IMG/VR virus record: IMGVR_UViG_3300045918_000214
Span: 4,896 to 68,895 of that record
DNA length: 64,000 nt
Source: a virus
Direction: 5' to 3' (one strand)
Positions 59,809-64,000 of the stretch are shown here, piece by piece. Numbering within the stretch: position 1 is the stretch's first letter; each line of letters opens with the position of its first letter. Position numbers and translations under genes: made by a program. The notes beneath the pieces are model-generated. The model did no database searches. It was not told the DNA's origin and saw nothing but the letters and a program-made list of their open reading frames with translations.

Positions 59809-60455
59809 TTGATAGCTTCCAACAGTTGTTTGAATAATTCAATCTTACGTGCTTCGGTAAGTACTTTCTTGTCATAGTCTTTCTTAGCACGGGCTCCAAT
59901 GTCTTCAATGATTGCTTGTCCTTTGGCATCCAAGTCGTACTCGAAGCCTTCCATGATACCATTGATTGTGCAACCTGGTCCAGAAGGATCAGATACAACG
60001 TCGACAGCAGTTAGGAAGAAGTCAGAACCAACATGTTTGATACCATTGGCTTCGGTAATAGAACCGGCACCACGAGTAGACACACCAACATTCACACCAG
60101 ACTCAAGCAAACCCTTAAGGATCGCTCCCATGGGTGTATTTAACACTTTAGCTTTTCCGATCCAGACGTTGCCATCTTGGCGCATTTCTGTGATCATGTG
60201 AGTAGCACGTTCGTAATCAATGTTCAGCCGAGCTGGGTGGTTCATTTCACCTAGAGCACGAGCATTCTTGATGTAGTCTAGATCATACTTATTGATAGCA
60301 CCTTCGAGGATTTCCTTCTTATAGATGCGACCATTTTTATTTTTAGACTCAGCGACAGCAAACGGGCCTTGGATGAAAAGATTCTTCTTACCATCTGTTC
60401 CTGCTTCCATGAGCAGGCTTAGGGGATTATCAATTACTTCAGTAAGGAATTTCAT
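59805..60455 (-). CDS. gp21: prohead protease (gp21)
   Basis: NKNGRIY, ALGEMNHP, GVSTRGAGS, DVVSDPS. Confidence 0.95.
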   Translation of the reverse strand: MKFLTEVIDNPLSLLMEAGTDGKKNLFIQGPFAVAESKNKNGRIYKKEILEGAINKYDLDYIKNARALGEMNHPARLNIDYERATHMITEMRQDGNVWIGKAKVLNTPMGAILKGLLESGVNVGVSTRGAGSITEANGIKHVGSDFFLTAVDVVSDPSGPGCTINGIMEGFEYDLDAKGQAIIEDIGARAKKDYDKKVLTEARKIELFKQLLEAIK

Positions 60456-60466
60456 ACGTTTCTTCT

Positions 60467-60826
60467 TTATAGAACAGGAGCAGAGTAACCGTTAACCTTA
60501 CGAACACGTAGGATTGTAGTGCCAACAGCAACCATGTTGACTGCAATGTCAAAAGTTGCATTTTCAGCAACATTACCGAAGCCCATAGGGCCCATGTTGT
60601 AGTCGTAGTTACCGTTTACTTGAAATGCAATTTCAGCATTACGTGTGATGGTAGTAGCACCAGAATTAGTTACTGACATTGAATCAATAGTTACTTCAGG
60701 TGTGCCGGTGACAGTTTGGGCGCCAGCAACCAAGGAAGCTAGAGTCAATGTATCTGTGCCAGAACCGGTCCATTTAACTACCACTTCGCGTGGTGTTGCT
60801 TTGAGAATTTTCTTAACTAGAGCCAT
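60467..60826 (-). CDS. hypothetical virion protein
   Basis: Beta-rich ORF in the head operon. Confidence 0.55.
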   Translation of the reverse strand: MALVKKILKATPREVVVKWTGSGTDTLTLASLVAGAQTVTGTPEVTIDSMSVTNSGATTITRNAEIAFQVNGNYDYNMGPMGFGNVAENATFDIAVNMVAVGTTILRVRKVNGYSAPVL

Positions 60827-60828
60827 TT

Positions 60829-62601
60829 TTATTCTTCCGTATCAAGTGGTTGGCCAGATGAACGAGTTGAAGAACGGGCTTCATGTTCTTTTTGGCGTTC
60901 TTTTTGGATTTTGTCGTGGTGTGCCTTGATCTGTGCTGGAGTTAGCTTAGCAGAATCAGGTACAGTCTTAACATGAAGAATGTTACCGTAGTGATCCTTC
61001 TTTACAGATCCACCGACTACAGCTTCATTGGTATCAAGCATTTCAACCAACATAGCTTCCAGAGCTTCTGTGAGTTCTTCTGATTCATCAACCTTATCAC
61101 CACGAAGTTTGGCAAGGTTAGACTTAGCATAAGACTTGTCGTAACGAGACTTCAGATCTTTAAGATTCTTTGCGTAGTCAGCAATCTTATCTGCATGGGT
61201 AGACAGACCTTGTTGGCGGACGTGGTCGGCAAGTTTGTTAGCAGTATTGATCGCATTTTTGTGGTCACCCTTAGCAAGGTGAGCACCAAGTTCGGCATGC
61301 AGATCCATAGCCTTCTTGTTAGCAGAAGAATTATCACCACCAAGTTTCTGAGTAGCCAATTTAAGGGCAGCAGCAGTCTTGATAGACTTCAGGTTGTCAC
61401 CAGCAGAGGTAACAGAAGTCTTAGTCTTACCGTCAACATACTGGGAAGCATGCTTATCACCAGGCTTTGTATTTACATAGTTAGTCTGTGTTTCTGGACG
61501 AGCATTTGTACGCTGAGCATGAAGTTTCTGACGTTCTTTGTCTGGGTGAATAACCTTAACTTCGACCTTGTTTTCCTTATAGAAGGAAGCTTCATGGCCT
61601 GGAGTCAACTTTTCAAGAGCATCACCTTTTGAGTACCGTGGGTTCTGACCAACGTGTGGCTCTGGGTAGTGCATTTTGCCACCAGAGCGATAACCCTTCG
61701 AGTATGTAACTTGTCTTTGTGTCTGTTGTTCATCACCAGAATGGATGGCATAGTCAGGACGACCATAGCTAGAACTATTAGATTTACCGGCAGAGTGGAT
61801 CTTACCGTTTACATATACAACTGGAACATGGCCTGCATCAAGAGCTTTGTTCAGAATAGCACGATGACCGGACTTATTCTTGACTGCATGAGTTTCAACT
61901 TCTGAGTGTTCGCCGGCACCTTGGACACCATAAGCACGGCCAGCAGTAACAGTCTTGATCAAATGTTTAGACAGACCAGCAAGTGAACCTAGACCTTCTG
62001 CGAGGCCTTCAGTAGATTCATCTTCGACCGATTCATTCTTTGCACGAGCTTTAGCCAATTTAGCCAATCTTGCTTTTGTAGCAGCATTTGCAGCTTTAGC
62101 ATTCAGATCAGCAGCATGTTCTTTAGCTTCATATTTAGCTACATACTTACCAACGCGTTGACCACCGTGGTGAACTTCGTAGTAACCAAGATTCAGTTTA
62201 ACTGATGCTTCATCGAGTTGTTCTTCAACAGATTCATCAACTTCATCGTCATGCTTTACACGAGCTGCATGGAGGGCTTTGGCAAACTTAGGAGCAGATT
62301 TATTGGCATTTGCAGCCTTTTTCTCATAAGCTTGACGGATTTGCCAAGCTTTGATATCGGCATCAGTCATAGGCTTAGCCATATTCTTTGGATATGGAGT
62401 GTTCTTTGCTTCTTCAAGTTCTTCTTCTGTAAGATCTTCAACTGATTCGTTGGTGTCATCTTCGTCATCGTACATAACTACTTCGATCTGTTCATTAGAA
62501 GAAATAGAGTCCAGTATGTCAAATGCTTTTTGATTCAAAGCAGCACCAAGAGCAGCTTTTGCGGCTTCTTGATCTTGTAGGATTTGGTCTAATATACTCA
62601 T
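60829..62601 (-). CDS. large prohead core / internal head polyprotein (gp67-like N-terminus)
   Basis: Directly after the portal gene; basic modules separated by acidic ESVE..LxE linkers. Confidence 0.55.
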   Translation of the reverse strand: MSILDQILQDQEAAKAALGAALNQKAFDILDSISSNEQIEVVMYDDEDDTNESVEDLTEEELEEAKNTPYPKNMAKPMTDADIKAWQIRQAYEKKAANANKSAPKFAKALHAARVKHDDEVDESVEEQLDEASVKLNLGYYEVHHGGQRVGKYVAKYEAKEHAADLNAKAANAATKARLAKLAKARAKNESVEDESTEGLAEGLGSLAGLSKHLIKTVTAGRAYGVQGAGEHSEVETHAVKNKSGHRAILNKALDAGHVPVVYVNGKIHSAGKSNSSSYGRPDYAIHSGDEQQTQRQVTYSKGYRSGGKMHYPEPHVGQNPRYSKGDALEKLTPGHEASFYKENKVEVKVIHPDKERQKLHAQRTNARPETQTNYVNTKPGDKHASQYVDGKTKTSVTSAGDNLKSIKTAAALKLATQKLGGDNSSANKKAMDLHAELGAHLAKGDHKNAINTANKLADHVRQQGLSTHADKIADYAKNLKDLKSRYDKSYAKSNLAKLRGDKVDESEELTEALEAMLVEMLDTNEAVVGGSVKKDHYGNILHVKTVPDSAKLTPAQIKAHHDKIQKERQKEHEARSSTRSSGQPLDTEE

Positions 62602-62632
62602 TTTGGTGCCTTTAAAATACTTGTTATTCTAT

Positions 62633-64000
62633 TTATTGCTTCTGATCTGCAGTAGGCCATTTTGGTGGAGTCGTAGGAGTGTTATCCTGTGCTTGGCCAC
62701 TCTGAGCATCTTGGCCTGGAGCAGGTTGCATTGCTGCCATAGCCTTGGCCGCTTCGGCATTGTCTTTTTCCATTGCTTTATTCATCTCGTCAATTTCTTC
62801 ATCTGTCAGCTTAAGCATATTTCTCATGACGTAGTCTTTGGAGTAATACTTACCGACATACATATCAGCAATCTGGACGTTCTGTAGACGTTCTCTCAGC
62901 ATGTCCGATTCTTTCAGTTCTGCAAAGAAGTTATCCTTGGCATAACGGAAGCGCAGAGTTTCCTTGATCAGAGCCCAATCTTCGGGTGTAGCAATACCCT
63001 TGAGCAAGAGTTGAGTCTTGAGCAAGTCAAAGAATAGGTTGTTGAAACGGAGCCGAAGTTTGTTGATGAACTTAGCAAACTTGATTTCGTCCCGAGTAAT
63101 CTCATTGGACCGGCCAATGTTGAACGAACCCTGACCTTGCTGAAGGCGAGACATTGGGATGTTCATTGCCTGATACAGCTTCTGTTGGAAATACTGAGTA
63201 TTCTCAATAGAACCCAAGCTTGGAGCTCCATCCAAAGTAGTGATTTCAGTTCCCTTGCCACCAGTCGTGCGTGGAAGGAAGAAGTCCTCTAGGATAGACT
63301 GATGGTTCTTTGCATCTTTAACCGTACCAGTATTGACATCATAGACTTGCTTGTTCTTATACCGAGCCATGACATCTTTAATGTACTGCTCAGCCTTGGT
63401 ACGAGCCATACCAGAAGTGTCAATGTAGAAAATACGACGCTGTGGAGCACGAGTAAGCCGATAGATAACATCGGAGTCTTCCATCATGCGCAGCTGATTG
63501 AGTGGTCGGATTGCCTTATGGAGATAAGACAGCGACATGTTCGAGTTACGATCAATCAGACCGGAAGTAACATATGCAACCGATTCTGGAGCAATTTTGA
63601 TGCCAGTCTTTTGGTCGCCTTGCCCACCATTGTAGTTGTTAGTTTTCTGTACGTCTGTGTAGATGTAAAAGTCGGACTGACCAACGACCATAGAGATACC
63701 AGTCTTGGAATCAACTTCCTTCTTTATCTCAATGATTCGCTTTAGTTTAGCTACGTCAATTGGCCGAAGTTCTTTGATACCGTCTTTTGGTTTGGCAGCA
63801 TCTACAACCTTGTGGAAGGCGACTCGGCCGTCAATATACCAGTTACGAGCAATATCCGGACCAACTTGTTGGAACTTTAGCAGATCAAGAATATTTTTGA
63901 ATTCTTCTGTGATTGCTTCTTTGGTCTTTTTCGAGTACTTTTCATCGAACTCGGTTTGGAAGTCGATAGTAACCAGTTCTTCTACTTCGTCAATAACCAT
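62633..64000 (-). CDS. gp20: portal vertex protein (gp20), 5' part outside the window
   Basis: WYIDGR, SYLHKAIRPLNQLRMMED, RRIFYID, EDFFLPR, EITRDEIKF. Confidence 0.97.
   Translation of the reverse strand: MVIDEVEELVTIDFQTEFDEKYSKKTKEAITEEFKNILDLLKFQQVGPDIARNWYIDGRVAFHKVVDAAKPKDGIKELRPIDVAKLKRIIEIKKEVDSKTGISMVVGQSDFYIYTDVQKTNNYNGGQGDQKTGIKIAPESVAYVTSGLIDRNSNMSLSYLHKAIRPLNQLRMMEDSDVIYRLTRAPQRRIFYIDTSGMARTKAEQYIKDVMARYKNKQVYDVNTGTVKDAKNHQSILEDFFLPRTTGGKGTEITTLDGAPSLGSIENTQYFQQKLYQAMNIPMSRLQQGQGSFNIGRSNEITRDEIKFAKFINKLRLRFNNLFFDLLKTQLLLKGIATPEDWALIKETLRFRYAKDNFFAELKESDMLRERLQNVQIADMYVGKYYSKDYVMRNMLKLTDEEIDEMNKAMEKDNAEAAKAMAAMQPAPGQDAQSGQAQDNTPTTPPKWPTADQKQ

Overview
64 kb segment of a large T4-like (gp20/gp21/gp22/gp23, gp32, gp61, UvsW/UvsY) dsDNA myophage genome, coded almost entirely on the minus strand. 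In transcription order (right to left): head-morphogenesis genes; a replication/recombination block with a probable class II RNR; ~18 kb of small accessory ORFs behind repeated sigma70-type promoters (NadR, PnuC, RNA ligase, kinase, phosphoesterase, hemerythrin, Doc); an ~8.5 kb RNA island with 31 well-formed tRNAs covering all 20 amino acids plus many non-tRNA structured RNAs; a porin plus two multiheme cytochrome c genes; a DUF2828/vWA (Ro60/TROVE-like) gene behind a ncRNA array; gp32, PhoH, ClpP, a DinG-like helicase and a GREB1/TAGT-like glycosyltransferase. Three candidate novel systems stand out: (1) a 34-codon leader peptide using all 20 amino acids (31 distinct codons) coupled to a terminator/antiterminator directly upstream of the tRNA island, i.e. 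a putative pan-tRNA-sensing attenuator; (2) six Y-RNA-like ncRNAs with a covarying terminal stem, one with a YrlA-type permuted tRNA domain, linked to the DUF2828 protein; (3) a phage-borne porin-multiheme-cytochrome module. All family assignments come from motif recognition by eye with no database searches; RNA boundaries are approximate to a few nt.
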